Shown here piece after piece: positions 37,292 through 46,575 of a stretch of DNA of 62,439 nucleotides. The stretch is taken from NCBI GenBank assembly GCA_017860575.1, contig JAGDMS010000001.1, positions 1-62,439 of the forward strand. The letters are read 5' to 3'. The stretch comes from Deltaproteobacteria bacterium. GTDB taxonomy: Bacteria > Desulfobacterota > Binatia > HRBIN30. Positions within the stretch are counted from its first letter, which is position 1, and each line of letters begins with the position of its first letter. A program made the position numbers and the translations under genes. A model generated the notes under the pieces. That model made no database searches, was not told the origin of the DNA, and saw only the letters and a program-made list of their open reading frames with translations.

Positions 37292-37369
37292 AACCGGGAG
37301 GGCGACGCTCCTGCCGAGCCGGACCCGCGCTGGGGTCCGCGGCTGCGCGGGAGCGTCGCCCTCCCGGTT
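37292..37369. repeat. REP-like palindromic element: 20-bp perfect stem with a 38-nt internally paired loop
   Basis: AACCGGGAGGGCGACGCTCC (37292-37311) is the exact reverse complement of GGAGCGTCGCCCTCCCGGTT (37350-37369). The loop contains CGGACCC...GGGTCCG. Confidence 0.6.
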
Positions 37370-37431
37370 CATCCTCACCGTCGCTAATTCGGCCGGCGAC
37401 CAGAGGTCGGCCGGTACGCTTTGATGATTCG

Positions 37432-37459
37432 TTGACCTCCCGGGGGAAACTGGTATTTT
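37432..37459 (+). promoter_or_regulatory. Sigma70-like promoter candidate (TTGACC-16 nt-TATTTT) for the DUF481 gene
   Basis: TTGACC at 37432-37437 and TATTTT at 37454-37459, ~110 nt upstream of ATG 37568, which has a GGAGGAG RBS. Pattern match only. Confidence 0.3.
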
Positions 37460-37567
37460 GCCGGTGACACTCAGCGCTGCGCGCAAGGGCCTCGCTTTAC
37501 GTGGCTCGGTCTGCCTCCCACGTGGCTACGTCAGCGCAACCGCACATCGACAGAATGGAGGAGTCGC

Positions 37568-38659
37568 ATGTCTCACCGTAACAAGAAACCCATAAGGTAT
37601 TGTTGGCAGGTGTTCGGCATCCTCTTGGTGCTCGGGCTGCTCCCGTGGGCGCGGCCGAGCGTGGCTGACGAAGTCACGGTCAAGGGCACCGTGCTGCAGG
37701 GGACGATCACGGCGTTGTCTGCCAGCAAGGTCGAACTCAAGACAGTTTATGGCAAGGGAACGTTGGTCATTCCCTTCGCCGATATTCAGAACCTCACGAC
37801 CGACGCTAGCTGCGTCGTCTACCACGGCGAAGACGCCAAGAGCACCGGCCGGCTGCTCGGCATTGAGCAAGGCAAGCTGCTGGTGGGCACGTCGCGCGCC
37901 AGCGCCACGCCGGTCGACATTTCGACCATTCTTTTCATGCGTGGCGCCGAGGGTATGGGCGACCTGCGCAGCCAGTGGCGCTATTGGCACGGCAACGTCG
38001 ACGCCGCGGTGCACGTCCAGCAAGCTACCACCGATACCACTGGTTTCCTCTTCGCACTCGGCGTGACCCGCGCGAAGGCTCCAACACGCCTCCTTTTAGG
38101 TGCCAGTTACCGGTATGCCACCGAGAAGCTGCAGGATGAAGACCGGACCATCACGCAAGACCAACTCAAGGGTTTGGCGCGAGGTGAATACGACTTCACG
38201 CCCCGTGTCTACGGGTACGTTTCCGGTGACGCCACGTACGATGGCGTTCAGCGGTTGAGCATCCGGGGCGTCCCGAAGGCTGGCATCGGCTACGTGTTCT
38301 GGCAAGAAACGCTGGACGAGGATCGCCGTAACTTCCTGCAGGGTGACGTGGGTGGTGCCTGGGTGTACGAGCGCTATTTCGGCGGTGAAGACAACAGCTA
38401 TGCGGCCATCGCCTTCGGGGCGCTCGCTGGATATTATCTTCCCTACGGCGTCCATGCCGATTGGCGCATGGACTACCTGCCGGCAATCGATGACTTCACC
38501 GGAAACTATCTGCTGCGCAACGAACTCGGCCTCACGGTCCCCTTGATCGCCGTACTCAACGGACGTTTCTCGCTGCTCGACGAATACCAGGCGCAGACCG
38601 CGCCGGGCACCGAGCACAACAACCTGTTCCTGACGGCCGGTTTGTCGGTGGAGTGGTAG
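37568..38659 (+). CDS. DUF481-type outer-membrane beta-barrel protein
   Basis: Signal peptide (LLVLGLLPWARPSVA), alternating beta-strand pattern, C-terminal ...LFLTAGLSVEW. I recall it as the DUF481/YdiY family. Confidence 0.7.
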   Translation: MSHRNKKPIRYCWQVFGILLVLGLLPWARPSVADEVTVKGTVLQGTITALSASKVELKTVYGKGTLVIPFADIQNLTTDASCVVYHGEDAKSTGRLLGIEQGKLLVGTSRASATPVDISTILFMRGAEGMGDLRSQWRYWHGNVDAAVHVQQATTDTTGFLFALGVTRAKAPTRLLLGASYRYATEKLQDEDRTITQDQLKGLARGEYDFTPRVYGYVSGDATYDGVQRLSIRGVPKAGIGYVFWQETLDEDRRNFLQGDVGGAWVYERYFGGEDNSYAAIAFGALAGYYLPYGVHADWRMDYLPAIDDFTGNYLLRNELGLTVPLIAVLNGRFSLLDEYQAQTAPGTEHNNLFLTAGLSVEW

Positions 38660-38692
38660 GCGCCGGTCGGTTCGTGGACGTGTTCACGGTCT

Positions 38693-38733
38693 CGTAGGGG
38701 AGTGCAGGCGGTTGTGACTGCACCGCCCCTACG
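38693..38733. terminator. GC-rich hairpin between convergent genes (possible bidirectional terminator, no U-tract)
   Basis: CGTAGGGG-AGTGCAG / loop / CTGCAC-CG-CCCCTACG forms a ~13-bp stem with one bulge. The right arm overlaps the stop of the minus-strand gene. Confidence 0.35.
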
Positions 38734-41700
38734 GAGAACCAACCGCCCCCAGTTCGAGTTGCACCGCCGGGACATCGCCGGCTGCTGCCGGCGGCTGCTG
38801 TCCGCGCTTCATCCGGCCCGGATCGAGGCCGTGTTCCTCCCGCAGCACGCGTTCAACCGCCTGCAATCGCGCTTCGCTCAGCGCCTGCAACTGCGCCTCC
38901 GGAATCGCCGCGCGCTCGTCGAGCCAGCGGTCCAAGGTGGCGGCGTCGTCCGGGTCGAGCTTGCCTTCCTGATCGCGTTTGCGCGCCTGCAGTGCCGCGC
39001 TGATGGCATTGCGGGCGCCGCGCTGTGGCAGATTTCGCATCTTTCCAAAGAACCCCTCCTTGTCCCATTCGGCTAGCAGCGCCTGCTCGCGGAGCCAGCG
39101 CACGTCCGTCGGCGTGTAAACCGTTGCCAGCGTCACGACAATCCCCGGACGGCTGGCCAGCAACGCCGCGAGTTGTTCGACTTGCTCAACGCCGCCCGCA
39201 GCAACTTCGCTGCGTCCCAGGCGGAAGGCAATGGAGGTCGGCGGCACCGACTCCACCTTACCGCCTCCGAACACGGCTCCCATGAGCTTGAGCGGTGACG
39301 CGAGCGCGCCCATGATCGCTCGCTGCAGGGCACCGCGGATGATGGTCCCCACCCCGACCTTGACACCCTCGGCGTCCATCTGCACGGGGATATTTAGAGC
39401 GATGTCGCCGTTGCTATCGCGCATCAGCGCCAGCGCCATCGACAGCGGGATGCCGAACGTCTGTTGGAACAGCGACTCGCCACCCGCGCCGCGCAAATCC
39501 AGGTTGTGCAGGGTCAGCGAATTGCTCGCATCGTAGTCCCCTTTGTTAAACGCCACCGTGCTCGCGATGGAGGCCTTGCCGCCGCCGATGCTGTAGCCAG
39601 CCAACGTCGTCGCATAGGGGTTAAACGGCGGCAAGGCGATCTTCTCGGTATGCAGCTCGAGGTGGCCCGTGGTGGGATCGAGGCTGCCCGTGGCGGTGAT
39701 CTTCCCCTGCTCGGCACTGGTCGCGGCGACGCGCAGGTCTCTGAACGCAAGCGCAGGCCAGCGCAGTCCACGCAGTTCGATCCGCAAGGGCGCCAGTCTT
39801 CCTTCGAAGAACGGCTTCACCGTGCGGTCTGCCAACCCCAGGTCGCCATCTTCGAGGCGCATGGCCTCCAGCGTCACCTCGATCGGCGGCGGCCCGGGTT
39901 GCCCCGCCGCGGAACCCTCCACCTTTTGCGCTGCGGCGGCCATCCCGGCGCTCCCCGGAGGCGGCGCTTTTGTGGGGGCAAAACTCGGGAGCACGATGCC
40001 ATCCGCCGTTCGGGTGACGCGCACGGCCGGCCCGCCGACGCGCAGGTCCCCGAGGGCGATGCGCATCGGCCCGGCCGCGCCTCCACCAGGCGCGCCAGGC
40101 AGGATACCAGGCAGAATCGCCTCTTTGACGTTGAGTTCGAACGAGCGGGTCCCGATCGCGAAGTTCTTGGCGTCGGCCCCTGCGAGCAGAAACTCTGCCA
40201 GCGACAGCTTCCCCCGTACCAGCAGATCGGGCGCCGCTGCTCCCGGCGCACCCGTGGAGGCCGCCTGGGCTCGTGCCCCAGGAACGACACCGGGCGCTCT
40301 CAACTCGGCAATGCCCACTTCTATCGAGTTGGCGCTCAGCGTGAAGCCTTCTGCCCCGGGGGTACCCGCCCTGAGACCCGAAAGCGACAGCCGGCCGCGC
40401 ACCCGGGCCTCGCCGGGCGCGAGGGCACCGCCCTCATTGCCCGACACCGCCATGCCGGCCTCGATCGTGAGCTCCGATGAAAATTCGGCCGCCTGCAGCA
40501 GGTCCGTCGGCAAAACCGCGACAGCCGCCAGGAGCTCCGCCAGGGGCAACTTGACAACGCGCACGGTGCCGGCAGCGCCGAGGCCGGCGAGCCGCACGGC
40601 ACCAGCGATTGTTAGGGAGCCGCTGCCGACATGGAGTGCGAGCTGCAACGGCGCGGGGCGTTCCGCATCGTCCGCAAGCTCGCTCACGGTGGCCTCGACA
40701 CCGACATCCAAGGGCGTTTGTGTCCTGAGCAGGCGAATGCGCGAGTCGGTCACGTGCATCCTTGACAATGACCAGTGCCATGGGGGTGACGGCGCAGCGG
40801 CGGTCCCCGCGGTAGTCGGCCCCGCCGCATTCACTGGCTTCGACTCGCCCGCCGCGTTGCGCTCCAGGACCGCCTTCAGCAGGGGGAATCGATGCCCGCC
40901 CGGCCGCCCAACATACGCCGTGGCACCTGTGACCTCAAGTTCACTCACATGGACCCGCCGCCCAACCAGATCGAGCGGATCCACCGACACTTTGAGCCGT
41001 CGATATTCGATGGCCGGCTCCTCGAGGCCGGGCATGCGCACCACGACGTCGCGCATGACAACGCTGCCACGTACCTCGTTCTGCCCTTTGCTATCGAAGC
41101 GATACGAAAGCTGGGAATCGAGCCACGCGTCGAGCGTTCGCCAGCCGACTGCGGGTACGTAATACGGCGCCCGGTGTAGCGGAATGTTTTGTGCCGCGAC
41201 CTCGGCGGTCAGGGCCTGCCTGTCGTCCTGCTGGGTCAGGTGGGCACGCACATCGACCGAACCGCCTTCGAAGCTCGCCCCGAGATGAAGCTGCGACGGT
41301 GTTGCATATACTCCGGGGCCGAGAGCGATATCCGTCAACGTGAGCTCTGGAAGATTGACGAACAGCGGCTCAGCGCCCTTGACGCGGAAGTCTCGGAAGC
41401 GCAGCTCGCCGTCACGGAGCGCCAACCGATCCGCACCAATGCGCCAAGCGGAACCCGGCGCGGCAGGCCCTGCCTCGGGCGTGCCGCGCGCGCCGGGGGT
41501 TGGGCTCGCCGCCGCCGACGCATTGCTCGGCGGCACCAACGCCAGGATGTTCAGGGTCCCGTCCTCCGCGCGATCGACCGCCACGCGCGGTGATTCGAGC
41601 ACGACCTCGCGCAGGAGCAGGTGCTTGCGCAGCAAGGGCAGCCATCGTACGGCAACCGCAACTCGCTTCCAGGCAATCATCGGCTGCTCCGCGGCGGCGG

Positions 41701-41938
41701 AGCCCGGCCCGGAGACGGGGCGGACGCTGACATCGCGCAACGCGATTCCACAACGAAGTAGCGACAGCTCGACAGCACCGATTTCGACCTGCGCGCGCAA
41801 CGCCTTCGACGCCTGTGATGCGAGCAGCGGCCGCGCTGCAAACGGGAGCGCCACCCGTATGGCAAGCAACACGAGTATGGTCACAATCCAGCGCCGCCAG
41901 CGTCGCAGGCTGGCCGGCCATGAGCGGCGGAGAGCCAT
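38729..41938 (-). CDS. DUF748 / AsmA-like large envelope protein
   Basis: N-terminal anchor (WIVTILVLLAIRVALPF), then long repetitive beta-rich sequence of the AsmA/TamB-like type, and a conserved C-terminal region. Recognised as DUF748 from memory. Confidence 0.7.
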   Translation of the reverse strand: MALRRSWPASLRRWRRWIVTILVLLAIRVALPFAARPLLASQASKALRAQVEIGAVELSLLRCGIALRDVSVRPVSGPGSAAAEQPMIAWKRVAVAVRWLPLLRKHLLLREVVLESPRVAVDRAEDGTLNILALVPPSNASAAASPTPGARGTPEAGPAAPGSAWRIGADRLALRDGELRFRDFRVKGAEPLFVNLPELTLTDIALGPGVYATPSQLHLGASFEGGSVDVRAHLTQQDDRQALTAEVAAQNIPLHRAPYYVPAVGWRTLDAWLDSQLSYRFDSKGQNEVRGSVVMRDVVVRMPGLEEPAIEYRRLKVSVDPLDLVGRRVHVSELEVTGATAYVGRPGGHRFPLLKAVLERNAAGESKPVNAAGPTTAGTAAAPSPPWHWSLSRMHVTDSRIRLLRTQTPLDVGVEATVSELADDAERPAPLQLALHVGSGSLTIAGAVRLAGLGAAGTVRVVKLPLAELLAAVAVLPTDLLQAAEFSSELTIEAGMAVSGNEGGALAPGEARVRGRLSLSGLRAGTPGAEGFTLSANSIEVGIAELRAPGVVPGARAQAASTGAPGAAAPDLLVRGKLSLAEFLLAGADAKNFAIGTRSFELNVKEAILPGILPGAPGGGAAGPMRIALGDLRVGGPAVRVTRTADGIVLPSFAPTKAPPPGSAGMAAAAQKVEGSAAGQPGPPPIEVTLEAMRLEDGDLGLADRTVKPFFEGRLAPLRIELRGLRWPALAFRDLRVAATSAEQGKITATGSLDPTTGHLELHTEKIALPPFNPYATTLAGYSIGGGKASIASTVAFNKGDYDASNSLTLHNLDLRGAGGESLFQQTFGIPLSMALALMRDSNGDIALNIPVQMDAEGVKVGVGTIIRGALQRAIMGALASPLKLMGAVFGGGKVESVPPTSIAFRLGRSEVAAGGVEQVEQLAALLASRPGIVVTLATVYTPTDVRWLREQALLAEWDKEGFFGKMRNLPQRGARNAISAALQARKRDQEGKLDPDDAATLDRWLDERAAIPEAQLQALSEARLQAVERVLREEHGLDPGRMKRGQQPPAAAGDVPAVQLELGAVGSP

Positions 41939-42061
41939 CGCGTACCTCGGTTGGTCAGTGACGCGTCATCTGCGCGGCCACGATGCCACAAGCCGGACCG
42001 GAGTCAATGCTCGACAGGGTCGCCCGATTCGATTAACTACGGGGACGTCAGGGAGGTACCA

Positions 42062-43243
42062 ATGAGGCTTGCGTACAGTCCAGAGCACGAAGCGCTGCGG
42101 CAGGAACTGCGCCAATACTACCAGAAGCTCCTCACGCCCGAGATCCTCGAAGAGCTCTCCCGCGGCGAGGGTGTGGACCCGACGGCTCGCAGGATTGCCC
42201 GGCAAATGGGCGAGGATGGCTGGCTCGGCATTGGATGGCCCAGAGAATATGGCGGCCGCGGCATGACGCCGATCGAGCAGTTCATCTTTTTCGACGAGTC
42301 GATGCGTGCCCGGGCGCCAGTACCGTTGCTGACGATCAACTCCGTCGCCCCCACGATCATGCACTTCGGGTCGGACGAACAAAAGGCCTTCTACCTGCCG
42401 AAGATCCTCAAGGGCGAAATCCACTTCGCCATCGGCTACACGGAACCCGAGGCTGGTACCGATCTGGCAGCGCTCAAGACCCGCGCCGTGCGCGACGGCG
42501 ATTTCTTCGTCGTCAACGGCCAGAAAGTATTCACCAGTCTAGCGTCTGGTGCCGATTACATCTGGTTGGCGGTGCGCACCGACCCAGAAAAGCCCAAGCA
42601 CCAGGGCATCTCCATCCTGATCGTCCCGACCAGCACCGCGGGCTACCGCAGCGTTCCTCTCAAGAACATGGGCAACCTGGCCACCTTTCAGACGTTCTAT
42701 GACGACGTGCGTGTGCCGGCCAACAACCTCGTCGGCAAGCTCAATGGCGGTTGGAAGCTCATCACCAACCAGCTCAACCATGAACGCGTGACCCTCTGCA
42801 GCTCCGGCGTGGTAGAGGGACCCTTCGAGGACGTCGTACGTTGGGCCAAGCAGACGAAACTCGCCGACGGGCGACGGGTGATTGATCAGCCTTGGGTGCA
42901 AGTGAACCTCGCCCGCATTCACGCCCGGATCGAGTTCCTGCGGCTGATGAACTTCAAGGTCGCTTGGGGCGCGGAACAGCATCAGCCGCTTAACCCGGCG
43001 CACGCATCCACGCTCAAGGTTTTCGGCACGGAGTTTTACACCGAGGCCTACCGCTTGATGATGGAGGTGCTCGGACCGACCGCAAACCTCCGGCCGGGGT
43101 CTCCCGAGGCGGCGCTCAACGGCCGCATCGGCTTAATGGCGCGTTCCACGCACATCCTGACCTTTGGCGGCGGCACCAACGAAATGCAGCGAGACCTCAT
43201 TGCCCTGTTCGGTCTCGGCATGCCAGTGCAACCACGGATGTGA
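42062..43243 (+). CDS. Acyl-CoA dehydrogenase family protein
   Basis: ATG at 42062 follows GGGAGG. YTEPEAGTDLAAL, VNGQKVFTS and GGGTNEMQRDLIA are present. Confidence 0.85.
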   Translation: MRLAYSPEHEALRQELRQYYQKLLTPEILEELSRGEGVDPTARRIARQMGEDGWLGIGWPREYGGRGMTPIEQFIFFDESMRARAPVPLLTINSVAPTIMHFGSDEQKAFYLPKILKGEIHFAIGYTEPEAGTDLAALKTRAVRDGDFFVVNGQKVFTSLASGADYIWLAVRTDPEKPKHQGISILIVPTSTAGYRSVPLKNMGNLATFQTFYDDVRVPANNLVGKLNGGWKLITNQLNHERVTLCSSGVVEGPFEDVVRWAKQTKLADGRRVIDQPWVQVNLARIHARIEFLRLMNFKVAWGAEQHQPLNPAHASTLKVFGTEFYTEAYRLMMEVLGPTANLRPGSPEAALNGRIGLMARSTHILTFGGGTNEMQRDLIALFGLGMPVQPRM

Positions 43244-43251
43244 CACCACAC

Positions 43252-43346
43252 GTTGTTAGGTGGCTAAGTTGTTACGTCATTATGTCACTCGATCCGGCAC
43301 GTTCAACGGGAAGAGCAATGCGCCTAACAACGAGCAACCTAACAAC
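43252..43346. promoter_or_regulatory. Four GTTGTTA heptamers in a two-forward / two-inverted arrangement in the spacer between the two ACAD genes
   Basis: GTTGTTA at 43252-58 and 43268-74; TAACAAC at 43325-31 and 43340-46. CGTTGTTAGG (43251-60) is the exact complement of CCTAACAACG at 43323-32 and 43338-47. Confidence 0.35.
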
Positions 43347-43377
43347 GTAACACCCTGACTTGCTTTGGGAGTGCACA

Positions 43378-44499
43378 ATGGATTTTTCGCTGACGGATGA
43401 GCAGCGCGCCATCGTCGAGTTGGCCGGGCAGATTCTTACCGATCGCTGCACGCTGACGCGCCTGCGGGCCATCGAGTCGACAGACGACCGCTACGACCAC
43501 GAACTCTGGGCAGAATTTGCCAAGGCGGGATTCCTCGGTGCGGCGTTGCCTGAGAGCGTGGGTGGCAGCGGCGGCAGTTTCCTGGACATTTGCCTGCTGC
43601 TCGAGCAGCAGGGCCGCCGGGTTGCGCCCCTGCCTCTTCTCCCGGTGATCGTCTCGGCGGCCATGCCGCTGGCGCGGTTTGGGTCTCCGGAACAGCAGCA
43701 GCGCTACCTGCCGGACGTCATCGCCGGTGCGAGCTTGATCACCGCCGCGCTCACGGAACTCGACACGGACCCAATCGCCCCGCGGACCATGGCGAAACGG
43801 AAAGGGAAGCAGTGGCGGCTGAGCGGCGTCAAGGTCACCGTCCCCCTCGCAGAGTTCGCTACCGCGGTGCTGGTCCCGGCGCGCACGGCGCGCGGCGATA
43901 TAGGTATCTTTCTCGTCGACCCACATGCGCCGGGGGTGACGCTGGCACGGCAGGAGACGATGAACTGGGAGGCACAATATCGGATGGAGCTGGCGGATGT
44001 CGCTGTCGGGCCCGACGCCGTTCTCGGCTCGATCGCGGGCGGGGCGGCGGTACTGCAGTGGATCGTCGATCGCACCACGGTCGGCCTCTGTGCAATCGCC
44101 TCGGGCGCCTGCCAGGAAGCGGTCCGGATCACGGCGGAGTATGCCTCGAACCGCAAACAGTTCGACAAACCGATCGCCATGTTCCAAGCGGTCGGCCAGC
44201 GCATGGGTGATTCCTACATAGACAGCGAAGCGGTGAATCTGGCCATGTTGCAGGCGGCCAGCCGTCTGGCGGATGAAATGCCGTCGCCCAAGGAAATCGC
44301 CACTGCCAAGTACTGGGCGGCCGAGGGCGGCCATCGCATCGGGCACGCCGCACTGCACGTCCACGGCGGCATCAGCATCGACACCGACTATCCCATCCAC
44401 CGCTACTTTCTGTGGGTGAAGCAATGCGAGTTCACGCTCGGATCAGCCACGCCCCATTTGGCGCACCTCGGTGCGATTCTGGCAGCGGAACCGGCGTGA
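43378..44499 (+). CDS. Acyl-CoA dehydrogenase family protein (partner subunit candidate)
   Basis: ATG at 43378 follows GGGAG: MDFSLTDEQRAIVELAG.... YASNRKQFDKPI and HVHGGISIDTDYPIHRYF are present. Confidence 0.85.
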   Translation: MDFSLTDEQRAIVELAGQILTDRCTLTRLRAIESTDDRYDHELWAEFAKAGFLGAALPESVGGSGGSFLDICLLLEQQGRRVAPLPLLPVIVSAAMPLARFGSPEQQQRYLPDVIAGASLITAALTELDTDPIAPRTMAKRKGKQWRLSGVKVTVPLAEFATAVLVPARTARGDIGIFLVDPHAPGVTLARQETMNWEAQYRMELADVAVGPDAVLGSIAGGAAVLQWIVDRTTVGLCAIASGACQEAVRITAEYASNRKQFDKPIAMFQAVGQRMGDSYIDSEAVNLAMLQAASRLADEMPSPKEIATAKYWAAEGGHRIGHAALHVHGGISIDTDYPIHRYFLWVKQCEFTLGSATPHLAHLGAILAAEPA

Positions 44500-44718
44500 G
44501 AGTCGGTCGCAGACGAGGGAAACACCCATCGACAAGCCTCGGGTGAGCGTAATATTCTTTTGAAGTTGATAACCCAACCGCTCGTGCTCACCATGTCGGA
44601 GCTGGATTCCGGAGAACATCGGCGACCTCTTGAGGGGGATCGGTTGGCGGCCACGGCTGCCTGAGTAGCTCTGGCTCGGATGCCAGTCAGTTAAGGACCT
44701 TGCGGCGGCTCGATCGCG

Positions 44719-45312
44719 TCAGGCCGGAGTTTTCTGGGCGTCGGTGTCGTCGCCGCACTCTCTCTCAGCTTGCTCGTCGCGCAGGAACTGTTTCGTCTCC
44801 TCGACCGACGGGGCGACTCTCTTCTCCCCTTGCCGCTTGCGTCTCGCCTCGATGTCGCCAAGCCGCTGGACAAGACCGGGAATCGACTTCCAGGTAGTCG
44901 GGTCGTCCTGCTGAATCTGCGGCGCGTAAGTGGTGCACGCCGCCCAGTAGTTCGCGAGCGGCCAATAAAAGTAGCGTGCAACGCTCTCCTCATCGAGGAC
45001 GCCGCGCTCGATGAGGCTTCCGGTCTGCTCGAAGAAATTGAGGATCGCGCCCACCTCGGTAGTCGCGTTTCCATTGAGCAGCGCGGCCGCGGCCGCACCC
45101 CGGATATCTCCCATCTCAGCGGAGTTCCACCGATCCGTGAGATGCCACAGCAGTTCGACGCGCACGCTCTCCCGGAAGAGACGGCTTTCCTCCTGAACGT
45201 GGCGGGCAACAAGGCCGGCGGTGACGACGGCGCCCACCGATGCCAGGCTCGCAAGCAAGCTGGCAAGAACGCTCAGGTTGACCTTGCCCGCGCGCGTTCG
45301 GCTCATACCCAT
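44719..45312 (-). CDS. Hypothetical membrane-anchored protein (possibly DUF4760-like)
   Basis: N-terminal TM (VNLSVLASLLASLASVGAVVTAGLVA), then a helical soluble domain (ILNFFEQTGSLIERGVLDEESVARYFYWPLANYW). The start is ambiguous (45342 TTG, 45312 or 45306 ATG) and the family call is a weak recollection. Confidence 0.5.
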   Translation of the reverse strand: MGMSRTRAGKVNLSVLASLLASLASVGAVVTAGLVARHVQEESRLFRESVRVELLWHLTDRWNSAEMGDIRGAAAAALLNGNATTEVGAILNFFEQTGSLIERGVLDEESVARYFYWPLANYWAACTTYAPQIQQDDPTTWKSIPGLVQRLGDIEARRKRQGEKRVAPSVEETKQFLRDEQAERECGDDTDAQKTPA

Positions 45313-45427
45313 CGCGTACCACGCCCGACCGCGCCGACTCAAGCTACCCCAGAGGCACCGCGCTCGCGCGGCGTGGCTGCGCTGGCCGATCCTTCACTCT
45401 TCGGCCCTTCTCTTGTAAACCTAGCGC

Positions 45428-46417
45428 ATGGATCTTGGTCGTCTGGCACTGAGCCTCCCCGTGTCTGCGGACGTGCGGACGTGCATCGAATGGGCCCGCC
45501 GCGCCGAAGCGCTTGGCTACGAGAGCATTTGGATCGCGGACGCCGTCGGGCCGGATCCCTTCGTACTTGCCGGCACCATCGCCCAAGTCACCACCGTGGT
45601 GCGCATCGGCATCGCCGTCTCACCCGTGTACATCCGCACGCCAGCCGTGCTGGCCACCACGGCGGCGACCCTGGCGCAGTTGGCGCCAGGGCGCTTCATT
45701 CTCGGGCTGGGCGCGTCGAGTCATGCCATGATCGAAAACTGGCATGGCATGCGCTTCGATCGGCCCGTGACCCGCGTGCGCGAGACCGTCACCACCGTGC
45801 GATCGATGCTGGCGGGGGAAAAGGTGACGTTCGACGGGAAGACGCTGCGCACGCGGGGATTTCGCCTGGCGGCACCGCCGCCGATGCCGGTGCCCATTTA
45901 CGTTGGCGCCCTGCGGCCGCCGATGCTTGAGCTTGCCGGCGAGGTGGGCGATGGGGTTGTGGTGAACCTGTTTCCCGCCGAGGCGTTGCCGAGGATGCTG
46001 GAGCATGTTCGCACAGGCGGCAGACGTGCGGGAAGAAATGGACTACCGCTGGAAGTTGTCTGCCGGCAGCAAGTGCTGGTGACCGACGACAAACCGGCTG
46101 TACGGGAGGCGCTGCGCGCCGGGTTGAGCGGGTATTTTGCCACGCCCGTGTACAACAAATTCGCCGCCTGGTACGGATTCGATCAGGAAGCCGCCATGGT
46201 CGCCGAGGGGTTCCGCACGGGCGATCGCGCGCTGACACGCCGGGGCATGACGGACCGCTTTGTGGACAGCATCGCGGTCTTCGGTTCGCTGGACGAGTGC
46301 CGTGAGCGCCTCGCCGCCTACGTCGCCGCGGGGGTGACCACCACCGCCATCAGCCCAGCGGCCGTGGATGCGGATGCCGTCCGCCGCACGATCGAGGGGT
46401 TTGCGCCGGGCCGCTAG
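45428..46417 (+). CDS. LLM-class F420-dependent oxidoreductase (cytoplasmic)
   Basis: EALGYESIWIADA, GRFILGLGAS and GDGVVVN... are present, and the C-terminal TAISP pattern is typical of the family. No signal peptide. Confidence 0.85.
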   Translation: MDLGRLALSLPVSADVRTCIEWARRAEALGYESIWIADAVGPDPFVLAGTIAQVTTVVRIGIAVSPVYIRTPAVLATTAATLAQLAPGRFILGLGASSHAMIENWHGMRFDRPVTRVRETVTTVRSMLAGEKVTFDGKTLRTRGFRLAAPPPMPVPIYVGALRPPMLELAGEVGDGVVVNLFPAEALPRMLEHVRTGGRRAGRNGLPLEVVCRQQVLVTDDKPAVREALRAGLSGYFATPVYNKFAAWYGFDQEAAMVAEGFRTGDRALTRRGMTDRFVDSIAVFGSLDECRERLAAYVAAGVTTTAISPAAVDADAVRRTIEGFAPGR

Positions 46418-46575
46418 GCGCTGCGCGAAGGCGTTCCGATATCCCAGGTACCGTGCGAGCGTTGCTCTTCTAGCTGAGTGAAGTATTTCTTACCCCCTCC
46501 ATCCTTGCGCGCTTTACCGCGGCCACCTAACATTCCAGCGCTGAGTGCGTGGATACCGCACGGAGGGACCCCGCT

